IMG/VR virus record: IMGVR_UViG_3300045988_184127
DNA from: a virus
Length of the DNA stretch: 64,000 nt
Direction: 5' to 3' (one strand)
The notes beneath the pieces were generated by a model. That model saw only the letters and a program-made list of their open reading frames with translations. It was not told the DNA's origin and did no database searches. This document shows, one piece after another, positions 56,069 to 64,000 of the stretch (its first letter is position 1; each line of letters begins with the position of its first letter). The position numbers and the translations under genes were made by a program.

Positions 56069-56533
56069 ATGTCCACCCTCAAAAACGGCGAGTTCGGTAT
56101 CGACCTGAACAAGGAGAAAATTCTCTGGACTGACCGAAAACGCCACACCATCTTTTCACTGCCACTGTCCTTTACAAAGTACACCCTGACCGAGACCAAA
56201 CTTATCATCCAACGTGGCTGCTTCAACCTGCGCGAGGATGAGATTCAGCTGTACCGCGTCCGGGACATCGCGTTCAAGCAGAACTTCTATGAGCGTCTTT
56301 GCCGTGTCGGCAGCATCCATCTCTGCTCCACGGATGCCATGACACCGGAAATCGATATCCGTCGTATCAAGAACCCGCGTGATGTCAAGGAAGTGCTTTC
56401 TAAGACCATCGAGGCTTGCCGAAAAGCCAATGGTATCCGCACTTCGGAAATCATCGGGGACCATGGTCGCTTTCCCAAGCCTGACCCGCATGGTATGCCG
56501 CCTGAACCTTGCCACGAACATCTCCACGACTAA
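56069..56533 (+). CDS. bacterial PH-domain (bPH_2/DUF304, YdbT-like) protein
   Basis: EKILWTDRKRHTIFSLP...YTLTETKLIIQRGCFNLREDEIQLYRVRDIAFKQNFYERLCRVGSIHL matches bPH_2 topology. Confidence 0.5.
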   Translation: MSTLKNGEFGIDLNKEKILWTDRKRHTIFSLPLSFTKYTLTETKLIIQRGCFNLREDEIQLYRVRDIAFKQNFYERLCRVGSIHLCSTDAMTPEIDIRRIKNPRDVKEVLSKTIEACRKANGIRTSEIIGDHGRFPKPDPHGMPPEPCHEHLHD

Positions 56534-56936
56534 TACGAAGCCTGTACAGATTCAGTTCTGTGCGGGCTATTTTTTGTTTACAAAGAAATTTTTGGGTGGT
56601 GAGGCAGTTGACCAGCTATGCGAGCGGCTTAGAATTATAAGTGCAATAAGCAAACACACATCGACACAGTCAACAACCCCGCCAAAACCGGCTGAACCAG
56701 TATTATAAGACTGCCACCGGGCAGCGGGTTGCCAAGCGTGTCAACAATGGGGATTTCCCGTACAATGTTTACGATGCCAACGGCGGTATCGTGAAACCCG
56801 AAACCAAGAAAACCAAGAAAGCTGGGTAATGCCATCAACTTGAGTCTTTGCAGCTGTATGGATGTTGCAAAGCTCAGATATAATCCCGGAATTCTGATAA
56901 TACGCATGGAAAATTGTTGCAAGGAGGACGAAAACT

Positions 56937-57212
56937 ATGAATGAATTCAAAGCAAGGAGCACGCTGGGAAGCGAGGCTGTCCCGGTTTTCGACGATGACG
57001 GTGAGCTCACGGAATGGCTGCACCGGGACAACTATACTGTCGAGGAATTGGAACTGATGAACTTTGTCGGCGATGAAAAGCCCGTCATCAAAAAGGATGG
57101 CGTGAAAATCATCCGGGATGGCACGGTCATTCGGAGGACCAACACTGAAACAAGAAAAACTGAATTTCTATTCATCCCGCGCATTGTCACCAGCGAACAG
57201 AAAACGGTGTGA
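56937..57212 (+). CDS. hypothetical protein
   Basis: 91 aa ORF with AGGAGGA RBS. Confidence 0.35.
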   Translation: MNEFKARSTLGSEAVPVFDDDGELTEWLHRDNYTVEELELMNFVGDEKPVIKKDGVKIIRDGTVIRRTNTETRKTEFLFIPRIVTSEQKTV

Positions 57213-57502
57213 GGTGCAACGTGGTCAAAATTTATGGGTCCAGTGACGACCTTGTCTGCCTGGATAATTCCAACTATGGGGTCGATGAAATTGGTTGCTT
57301 CGATGTCAAGGGAGTCCGGCTGTTCTTGGATGATGACACGATTTTGGTAGTGCGCTATACGAACGGTATCTGGCGCATCGAAATCGAGCGAAAGGGTACT
57401 GCACCATATCAGCATGAGGTCTGTGCGGGCAATGATGAGGCCGATTACAGCGATATCTTTTGTACGGAATCCGACATTATTGCGCACGAAATCATTCGAT
57501 GA
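57209..57502 (+). CDS. hypothetical protein
   Basis: 97 aa ORF (GTG start) overlapping previous stop. Confidence 0.3.
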   Translation: MRCNVVKIYGSSDDLVCLDNSNYGVDEIGCFDVKGVRLFLDDDTILVVRYTNGIWRIEIERKGTAPYQHEVCAGNDEADYSDIFCTESDIIAHEIIR

Positions 57503-57516
57503 GGATTGGAGCAGCC

Positions 57517-58182
57517 ATGGCAAAAACTCTTCTGACTCAAAAAATAGAATCAGCGCTAAAGGTTTGGCATCCTGCCAACTATGGTGGATACCGGGTTAAT
57601 TCGTTCCGTCAAGGCTTCGACGCTCTGGAAGTACCTGTCGAGTGCGGTTCGATAAAATCCGGTCTTGTTGACTTCGTTCGGGTCCAAGAGTGCTTCACAT
57701 CAGAAACAAAATGTGGGACCTGCAAACTCTCAATGTACAGGGATGAGGACAGAGACTTAGTTATGCCGTCCGTCCGGCAGTGGACGCAGGAAGTATCATG
57801 CCCTAAAGATATCGCCAACTGGAGTTTTCGTAATGAACCGTGTACGGAACGGTTCTGCAGGCTGTACAAAACGAAACATACATACACCATCGACACCGTC
57901 ATCACCTGCGTGGAAATTAAGGTTTCCGTGAGTGACTTTCACTCTGACCATGGCCACAACTTTGTGGGGCACTGTAACTACTATGCGATGCCGTTAGCAC
58001 TATACAAGAAAGTCAAAGATGAGATTCCTGATGGTATAGGAGTTCTGCTATATTACAACGGCGAAAGTACCTGCGGGATTCGCAAGAAAATCGAATGCAA
58101 GCCCTGCCAACTCTCAGAGAAAACCCAGAAATGGCTCATCATGTCAGTTGCTAAGCGACTGACAAAAATGAGCAAAGCATAA
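57517..58182 (+). CDS. cysteine-rich hypothetical protein
   Basis: Start at MAKTLLTQK with GGAGCAGCC upstream; multiple Cys pairs (CGTCKL, CPKD...C). Confidence 0.35.
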   Translation: MAKTLLTQKIESALKVWHPANYGGYRVNSFRQGFDALEVPVECGSIKSGLVDFVRVQECFTSETKCGTCKLSMYRDEDRDLVMPSVRQWTQEVSCPKDIANWSFRNEPCTERFCRLYKTKHTYTIDTVITCVEIKVSVSDFHSDHGHNFVGHCNYYAMPLALYKKVKDEIPDGIGVLLYYNGESTCGIRKKIECKPCQLSEKTQKWLIMSVAKRLTKMSKA

Positions 58183-58477
58183 ACAATTATTCTGCGAGTA
58201 TCACGATGCCATAAAGATATTCGCAGCGATAAAAATTTTCTAAAAAAGGAGAGAGATATTAAGAATTGGTATATATCGGCCGTGGCAAGTCGGTATAAAA
58301 TGTTTTATAACTGCCCTTGCGGTGACATCTTTGCATCCGCAGCATAAAAGGAGAAATAAATGAAGAAGCTTTTGAAAATCATCATTTTCGCTATCCTGGC
58401 CGGATTTGGCGTTATCTGGTATTCAGAAAGCCAAAAGCGCCGGACCATGATTCCGCTCGAATTTCGAGGCGAGTGAA

Positions 58478-58690
58478 ATGCGAAAAGACATCAAAATTGT
58501 GCTGGAAAGCATCTGGTATCTAATTCTGCCGGTGTTTATTTTTGTACTTAACATTAGATATTGGCATGGGTATCTAGCGAATCCTGGCTGGTCCTTAACT
58601 CACCCGTCGTATATCGTTCTCGGATTTGCCTTGAGCGCTGCACTGTGCTTTGAGATTGTATATATCGACATCAAGTTTGGGGAAAAATAG
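58478..58690 (+). CDS. small membrane protein
   Basis: 70 aa, two TM helices. Confidence 0.35.
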   Translation: MRKDIKIVLESIWYLILPVFIFVLNIRYWHGYLANPGWSLTHPSYIVLGFALSAALCFEIVYIDIKFGEK

Positions 58691-58693
58691 CGC

Positions 58694-58721
58694 TTGCCAA
58701 AATATACGAACGCCGTACAAT
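58694..58721 (+). promoter_or_regulatory. conserved-geometry promoter P13 (diverged spacer)
   Basis: TTGCCA-16 nt (aaatatACGAACGCCg)-TACAAT. Confidence 0.45.
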
Positions 58722-58767
58722 GTAAAGTGTGAACAGATACTAAGCAATCAGTAGGATTCACAATCTG

Positions 58768-58810
58768 TATTTTAAGCGGACTTATCCCATAGCGGGGTAG
58801 GTCCGCTTTT
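58768..58810 (+). terminator. intrinsic terminator within P13 leader, 20 nt upstream of MBL lipoprotein gene
   Basis: agcggacttatcccatagcggggtaggtccgct + ttttttg; leader also carries AGATACTA and GGATTCACA motifs. Confidence 0.55.
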
Positions 58811-58831
58811 TTTGTTGAAAGGAGAAAAAGT

Positions 58832-59992
58832 ATGAAACTCAAAAACAAGCTTTTACGGAGTACAGCGGCAATCATCGCTACGCTCCTAGCACTCAGCTTC
58901 ACCGGCTGCGGTCAGAATCCGATAATATCGGAAAGTCCATCCAGCACCGGGGTCGTCTCAGAAAGCACTGCAAGCAGTGAACAGACGGCTGGCGGTTCGG
59001 TGGACGGCAGCTTTACCATTCACTTTATAGACGTAGGGCAGGCGGATTCCGCCCTTATCACCTGCGACGGCCACTCAATGCTTATTGATGGCGGTAATGT
59101 CGATGATTCTAACCTCTTATATTCTGTTATGCAGCGTGAAACCGATGGGCACCTGGATTATGTCGTTGGGACTCACGCGCACGAAGACCACATCGGCGGC
59201 TTGTCCGGTGCCTTTGAGGCCGTCACTGCGGACATGACTCTATGCCCTGTGACAGAATACGACAGCAAAGCATTTCGGGACTTTGCAAGCTGTGCGGAAC
59301 AGAAAGGCGGAGGCATTACCATACCGGATGTGGGAGACACTTATACTCTAGGGGAAGCAGAATTCACGATAGTTGGTGTTAATTCTGTTCCCGATGATAC
59401 GAACAATACATCGATTGTTTTGCGTATTGTCTATGGAGGCACCTCGTTCCTCTTTACCGGAGATGCGGAACAGGAAGCGGAAAACGTGATACTTGCATCG
59501 GGACAAGACATTCAGTCAACAGTTCTGAAAGTAGGGCATCATGGCTCAAGTACATCTACCTCAGAGGCTTTTCTGGATGCGGTAAATCCAACATATGCTG
59601 TGATTTCTTGTGGCGCAGGGAACAGTTACGGCCACCCGCATCAGGAAACACTCGACAAGCTGCAAAACAAAGGTGTCGAGGTTTATCGCACAGACCTGCT
59701 GGGTGATATTTACTGCACCTCGGATGGCAAAGAGGTAAGTTTCACTTCCGGTGAATATCATGATGAGAATCGGATTGAAGCCGGTTCTGCTGCAGAGTCC
59801 AATGATGAACAAAACAGCAGACCTCTTGTAATAGACGAGACATACGTTCTGAACACGAGCACTATGAAGTTTCACAAACCCGATTGCTCTGCAGTCGAAT
59901 CGATGAGTCAAAAGAATCGAATCGACTATATGGGGCCCCGCGATGAGCTCATCCAGGAAGGGTATTCGGCGTGTGGGATTTGCAAACCATAA
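58832..59992 (+). CDS. MBL-fold metallo-hydrolase lipoprotein (ComEC C-terminal-domain-like)
   Basis: Lipobox LALSFTGCGQN; HFIDVGQADSALI...DGG...GTHAHEDHIGGL...VGHHGSSTS metallo-beta-lactamase motifs; C-terminal Cys cluster. Confidence 0.7.
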   Translation: MKLKNKLLRSTAAIIATLLALSFTGCGQNPIISESPSSTGVVSESTASSEQTAGGSVDGSFTIHFIDVGQADSALITCDGHSMLIDGGNVDDSNLLYSVMQRETDGHLDYVVGTHAHEDHIGGLSGAFEAVTADMTLCPVTEYDSKAFRDFASCAEQKGGGITIPDVGDTYTLGEAEFTIVGVNSVPDDTNNTSIVLRIVYGGTSFLFTGDAEQEAENVILASGQDIQSTVLKVGHHGSSTSTSEAFLDAVNPTYAVISCGAGNSYGHPHQETLDKLQNKGVEVYRTDLLGDIYCTSDGKEVSFTSGEYHDENRIEAGSAAESNDEQNSRPLVIDETYVLNTSTMKFHKPDCSAVESMSQKNRIDYMGPRDELIQEGYSACGICKP

Positions 59993-60020
59993 AAATTGCA
60001 CCTGATTTACTCGACAAGCT

Positions 60021-60048
60021 GTGCGAACTGACTACAATAAAAAATGTA
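60021..60048 (+). promoter_or_regulatory. conserved-module promoter P12
   Basis: TCGACA-16 nt (agCTGTGCGAACTGac)-TACAAT. Confidence 0.55.
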
Positions 60049-60107
60049 CGATAGATAACAAACATCGAAAAAGGCATTCTGCCTTTCGTACAATTCACAA
60101 TTCTGCA

Positions 60108-60147
60108 GACATAAGGCAGACTCACCGTCTTGGTGGGCCTGCCTTTT
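60108..60147 (+). terminator. intrinsic terminator inside P12 leader (attenuator or sRNA end)
   Basis: aggcagactcaccgtcttggtgggcctgcc + ttttttg, ~35 nt upstream of ATG 60183; leader also has small hairpin aaaggcattctgccttt and CAATTCACA motif. Confidence 0.55.
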
Positions 60148-60182
60148 TTGTTTGCGCAACTATAAAAAAGGAGTATAACGCA

Positions 60183-60923
60183 ATGTTCAAAATTCACGAT
60201 GACAAGGTCTACTTCGTCGCCGAAACCCCTAACATCAACAAAGTTATCGAAATCTTCCTACCTAAGGATGACCGTGGCACCATTATGGATTCACACGAAA
60301 TCCGTGTGGACCTGTGCCGTGCCGTCATTCACATGGAGAAGAAGGGTGTCCGTGTCTTGAAGGTCCGCAACATTGAGGATACCAACAAGGCAAGCATCGA
60401 CATCTGGCACATGCCGGAATATCAGGAGGCTGCAGAGTCTCCCGTAAGCGATGTGGTCAATGCCTGCATTGAGTCCTGCTTTGATTCCGGTGCAATGTTC
60501 AATCTGCCATGCAAAGCCAACCGCAAAACCCATGAAGTTTTTGCTGTCGAATGCTGCGCAAGCCCCGATGATGATGACTCGTTCAGCCATGCAGATGTCG
60601 AAATTGACGGGCAGTCCTACCCGCTCAATTTTGTCTCTGACATCATGGATGAGAACGATGTCAACAACGCATTGGATGAGTTCTACCGAATCCAGCAGAC
60701 CGGCGAATATTGGGAAGCGCACGACGGCAAATCGCTCACGGACGCTATCCATGAATGTCGGTGGGCTATCCTGAAGGATGCCATCCAAAAGCGTGGACAT
60801 GAGGCTGTTGCTGATTTTGTCGGGACCGACATTTCCAGTGATACTTACGACCGTGTGATGGATGAAACCGAAGCCCAGATGCCGGACGAAGAGTTCGAGC
60901 GCTTCTGGGAAAAGTACATCTGA
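60183..60923 (+). CDS. acidic hypothetical protein
   Basis: Start MFKIHDDKVYF with AAAAGGAG RBS; 247 aa. Confidence 0.4.
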   Translation: MFKIHDDKVYFVAETPNINKVIEIFLPKDDRGTIMDSHEIRVDLCRAVIHMEKKGVRVLKVRNIEDTNKASIDIWHMPEYQEAAESPVSDVVNACIESCFDSGAMFNLPCKANRKTHEVFAVECCASPDDDDSFSHADVEIDGQSYPLNFVSDIMDENDVNNALDEFYRIQQTGEYWEAHDGKSLTDAIHECRWAILKDAIQKRGHEAVADFVGTDISSDTYDRVMDETEAQMPDEEFERFWEKYI

Positions 60924-60962
60924 CAAAAAACATCTCATACAACAGAAAGGAAGTATACCGCT

Positions 60963-61289
60963 ATGGCTATCAACAATGTTAACGAATTTCTCCGCAAGAC
61001 CTTTTCCAAAACCATCTTCGGCACCCCTGCGCTTCGGCCGATTGCAGTCTGTGCAGACGGCTTCAACCTGTCGATTCAGGCAAGCAGCATGCACTACTGC
61101 AGACCGAGTAAGGACCTGCAGGACGGCGATTACTCCAAGGTCGAGCTCGGCAATCTGTCTGAGACGGTCGAGGAGTTTCTGCCGTATGCCGAGAACGAAG
61201 CCCGTCCGCTATTTACCGTCTATGGGTATGTCCCCGTTGAGACGGTGGATGCAGTGCTTGCCAAGCACGGCGGTATCGTCAACGCGTGA
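60963..61289 (+). CDS. hypothetical protein
   Basis: 108 aa ORF, GAAAGGAAG RBS. Confidence 0.4.
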   Translation: MAINNVNEFLRKTFSKTIFGTPALRPIAVCADGFNLSIQASSMHYCRPSKDLQDGDYSKVELGNLSETVEEFLPYAENEARPLFTVYGYVPVETVDAVLAKHGGIVNA

Positions 61290-61305
61290 GGGGAGGGAAC
61301 TTACG

Positions 61306-61632
61306 ATGGAAGTATTCACTATCGTCGCCAATGAGGTCATTGGCTTATCCGCAACGGAATGCACACTGATGCAATTCAGCTACAATCCGGAGCAAATCCA
61401 TGACCCCGAAACGGTCCTGCGCAGTGCTGTCATGGACTATCTCAAGACGGATGAAGGCAAACGACAGCTGGAAATCAACTGTGGTTGCTGGAACTGGGGC
61501 GATGTCGATGACATTCCCGGCTCGTTCTTCTTGAACTATGGTCTGACTAAAATCGCTCCGCCGGATGTGAATGTTGTCGTCGACCGCAACGAGAACTTCA
61601 TGGACGACTACGAGGATTGCGAGGAAGAATAA
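61306..61632 (+). CDS. acidic hypothetical protein
   Basis: Start MEVFTIV after GAGGGGAGGGA RBS; 108 aa; C-terminal DDYEDCEEE. Confidence 0.4.
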   Translation: MEVFTIVANEVIGLSATECTLMQFSYNPEQIHDPETVLRSAVMDYLKTDEGKRQLEINCGCWNWGDVDDIPGSFFLNYGLTKIAPPDVNVVVDRNENFMDDYEDCEEE

Positions 61633-61650
61633 CAGAAAGGGCATGAAAAA

Positions 61651-62391
61651 ATGCGTATTTATAGCGCAAACAACGTATTCATAGAAGTTACGCGCCGATG
61701 CAATATGTGCTGTGCGCACTGCCTGCGCGGAGATGCCGAAAGCATCGATATTCAGGAGAAGTACATCGATGCTTTTCTCGACAACTTTGAGAAGGGAGCT
61801 TATATCAGCTCTCTTACCTTTACCGGTGGGGAAATCTCTCTGAATATACCGGCAATTCGATACACCTTGAAAGCTGTCAAAGAGCGCGGTATCGCCGTTG
61901 GAAGCTTTTACATGGTCACTAACGGAAAAGCTGTCGATAAGATGGCTGACCTTGCTATGGCGAGTCTGGAGTGGTGGGCCTACTGCGATGAAAAAGATGA
62001 CTATATGTGCGGTCTTTGCATCAGCAGTGATAACTTCCACGAAGCAATCCCATATGAAAGTGAAAGTATCCTTAGTGGCTTGAAATATAACCGTAACGAT
62101 AAGGTAACGGACTTCCATCTGGCTTATTTACTGAACGAAGGGCGTGCTAAGAATCTCGATTCGAATATCTATAAGAAGCGTGAACCTCATGTAGACAAGC
62201 TCGAATACGAATTCAACAAAACCGGCGATATCGACTTTTACAGCGGCGAGCTGTACTTGAACGCCATCGGTGATGTCGTTTCCGGCTGCGATAGGTCCTA
62301 CAAGTCGCAGAAGAAATATCGTTTTGGTAATGTAATGAACAAAAACTGGCTGGAAAACATTTCCAACAGCGAGTTGTACATTGCAAGCTAA
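61651..62391 (+). CDS. radical SAM enzyme (small, with additional C-terminal Cys cluster)
   Basis: CNMCCAHC = CxxxCxxC 4Fe-4S/SAM motif near N-terminus; later CGLCISSD and GCDRS cysteines. Confidence 0.6.
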   Translation: MRIYSANNVFIEVTRRCNMCCAHCLRGDAESIDIQEKYIDAFLDNFEKGAYISSLTFTGGEISLNIPAIRYTLKAVKERGIAVGSFYMVTNGKAVDKMADLAMASLEWWAYCDEKDDYMCGLCISSDNFHEAIPYESESILSGLKYNRNDKVTDFHLAYLLNEGRAKNLDSNIYKKREPHVDKLEYEFNKTGDIDFYSGELYLNAIGDVVSGCDRSYKSQKKYRFGNVMNKNWLENISNSELYIAS

Positions 62392-62411
62392 ACCATATCA
62401 CTTATACATTG

Positions 62412-62445
62412 CCACTGTTTTCCTACAGAAACGGTGGCTTTTTTA
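62412..62445 (+). terminator. rho-independent terminator
   Basis: ccactgttttcctacagaaacggtgg + cttttttag. Confidence 0.5.
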
Positions 62446-62461
62446 GAAAAGGAGACCACAA

Positions 62462-63895
62462 ATGACTGAAGCAAAAGACATGTTTGAACAAATCAGCGCC
62501 ATCTTAACCGATAAGAAAGATAAGCCGTTTTCTTATGAGGAGCTTGCAGCAATGCTCAAAACTGACCCTGATGCCCTCAAAACCTTTGATGAGGTCTATA
62601 AGACACAGGTTCTTGAAAGCGGAGAGCTGCATGAAAATATGCTCCAGTGGGATACAGCTACAGTCAAAGCAATTCTCGACAAAAAGGTCTACTTCCCACC
62701 GGAACTCAATTCGCTCATTGACCGCATCGTCACAGAACTGGTGCTTGAAACGCGTCTGTACATCTACAACGCGGAACACGGTGGCTATTATGTGACATAC
62801 TCTGCCAACCGCGACTTTATGACAGAGGTTACAAACGAGGAGTTGAAACGCTACCCCGAAGAACTCCGTCCGCAGCTCACCGGAAAGTTGATGAAGATTG
62901 ACATTTCTGAGCCGTCGTACAAGGAATTGCTTCAAAACTACGCAGGCTACAAGAATGCAAAGAACGACAGCACAAAAATGTTCTACTACAACATGTTCCG
63001 TCAAGGTCTTGACATCCTCGACCTTGATGACTTCACTTATCAGATGCTTGAGATGAACCCCAACTCTATGGGCTTCTGGTTTCCTCCTCTGGTAGAGGGA
63101 TTGTACGGCAGCGCATTTTTCAAGGTTCCGGACACAAAAATTCTTCGCGTACCTATCACCATGCTGCAGCTTACCCGCCTTGGTTTCGAGACGTTGAATC
63201 CCGTTACAAAGGAAATCGTGAACCGTTATTGCCAGAAAGTCTTCCATCTTGATGGATACGAAGACTATTTTATCAAAACGGGCACGTATTCTTCCAAATA
63301 CGAATTCCGCAACGCTCATATCCATAATCCGAAGGAAATCAATGAGATGGGCGAGTATTTCTTGTTTTTGAATCATCTGACATGCTCGATGGCATCCCCT
63401 CTGAACAATCGCTGCTTCTACGGCGCGAACACCACGAACGAGTGGGTCGTCAGAGAATACATCAAGGACAAAGAAAATAACCCCACCATCTACAACGGTT
63501 TGCCGCTGCACACTGAATATCGCGTGTTTGTGGATTTTGATACAAAGGAAATCCTTGGCGCAAGTCCTTATTGGCGCAGCGATGTTATGAAGAACGAATT
63601 CAAAAAAGTCAGCAGCCCACAGGAACGCCATGATTATGTTGTCTACAAGATGCATGAAGACATTCTGAACCAGCGTTACCACGAAAGCGTTCAAACTGTT
63701 CTGGCTGAGCTGAAGAAGGTTATTCCTCGCATTGAGTTGACAGGGCAGTGGAGCGTCGATGTAATGCGCAACGGCAATGATTACTACATCATTGATATGG
63801 CGCTTGCTGAGAACTCTGCTCTGAATGACTGCGTGCCGAGTAACCGCCTTCGTGCTTATCCGCAGCAGTGGCTGCCGGGTGAATCGAACAGCTGA
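62462..63895 (+). CDS. hypothetical protein
   Basis: 477 aa ORF with AAAGGAGACCACAA RBS; no recognisable motif. Confidence 0.45.
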   Translation: MTEAKDMFEQISAILTDKKDKPFSYEELAAMLKTDPDALKTFDEVYKTQVLESGELHENMLQWDTATVKAILDKKVYFPPELNSLIDRIVTELVLETRLYIYNAEHGGYYVTYSANRDFMTEVTNEELKRYPEELRPQLTGKLMKIDISEPSYKELLQNYAGYKNAKNDSTKMFYYNMFRQGLDILDLDDFTYQMLEMNPNSMGFWFPPLVEGLYGSAFFKVPDTKILRVPITMLQLTRLGFETLNPVTKEIVNRYCQKVFHLDGYEDYFIKTGTYSSKYEFRNAHIHNPKEINEMGEYFLFLNHLTCSMASPLNNRCFYGANTTNEWVVREYIKDKENNPTIYNGLPLHTEYRVFVDFDTKEILGASPYWRSDVMKNEFKKVSSPQERHDYVVYKMHEDILNQRYHESVQTVLAELKKVIPRIELTGQWSVDVMRNGNDYYIIDMALAENSALNDCVPSNRLRAYPQQWLPGESNS

Positions 63896-64000
63896 TACTC
63901 CTAGAACGAAACTTTGATTCGGATTCTTTCAGCAGAAAGCGTTGGAATCAAAATCATACAAATTGATTGTGCGAAAGCAATAGCAATCAAGACCACTACC

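Noticed and set aside
1-64000. Calling the whole + strand segment a prophage
   Set aside because: Despite the phage-like repeated promoters and leader terminators, there are no recognisable integrase, terminase, portal, capsid, tail or lysis genes in the window, so only 'mobile/accessory element of unknown type' is supported. Elements such as an integrase could lie outside the window.

Overview
The window looks like an accessory or mobile region of a Firmicutes/Clostridia-type genome, at roughly 48-50% GC by eye. Lipobox lipoproteins, a flotillin gene and Gram-positive-style promoters and terminators support that guess. No rRNA or tRNA genes, and no phage structural or conjugation genes, were seen. 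Most of this rests on motif recognition in the translations; no database searches were run.

Left third (1-19 kb), mixed orientation:
- a secreted thioredoxin-fold protein and a calcineurin-like phosphoesterase
- an NYN-nuclease-domain protein and a C_GCAxxG_C_C redox protein
- a complete IS200/IS605 element (tnpA plus a TnpB OMEGA nuclease, with perfect palindromic ends) sitting next to a YD-repeat gene fragment
- a Y-family DNA polymerase cassette with a SLOG-like protein
- two tandem paralogous lipoprotein genes surrounded by short repeated motifs
- a divergent two-gene operon encoding an HD-domain protein (with an R-S-E-like, possibly ADP-ribosyltransferase, motif) and a 514-aa unknown protein

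Right two-thirds (19.3-64 kb), almost entirely on the + strand. It is punctuated by at least 13 copies of a conserved promoter module, TTGnnn-16 nt containing CTGTGCGAATTG-(T/G)A(C/T)AAT. Five of these drive short leaders that end in intrinsic terminators. This suggests one co-regulated element, perhaps under antitermination control.

Contents of that element:
- a flotillin / TM protein / vWA cluster
- three tandem mini-paralog genes
- a PLD(HKD)-plus-P-loop protein that appears truncated by an IscB (OMEGA) nuclease gene, with a candidate omega-RNA region upstream of it
- SF2 and UvrD-like (SF1) helicases
- an ADP-ribose-processing set (NADAR, macrodomain) and a nucleotidyltransferase
- a Type I-like m6A methyltransferase plus specificity-subunit pair with no R subunit, followed by an AT-rich islet
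- DUF4238-like and bacterial-PH-domain proteins, an MBL-fold lipoprotein and a radical-SAM protein

The standout is a minimal type I-C Cascade operon, cas5c-cas8c-cas7c. It has no cas3, no cas4/cas1/cas2 and no recognisable CRISPR array. It sits under one of the conserved promoters and is flanked by degenerate sequences that end in the canonical I-C repeat tail GATTGAAAC/T. A 906-aa UvrD-like helicase follows immediately. This is a candidate Cas3-less Cascade of unknown function that would be carried on the mobile element.

A 113-bp, roughly 88% identical duplicate of an internal piece of the vWA gene lies 26.6 kb downstream. It brackets the segment holding IscB, the ADP-ribose genes, Cascade and the helicases. 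It looks like a recombination scar.
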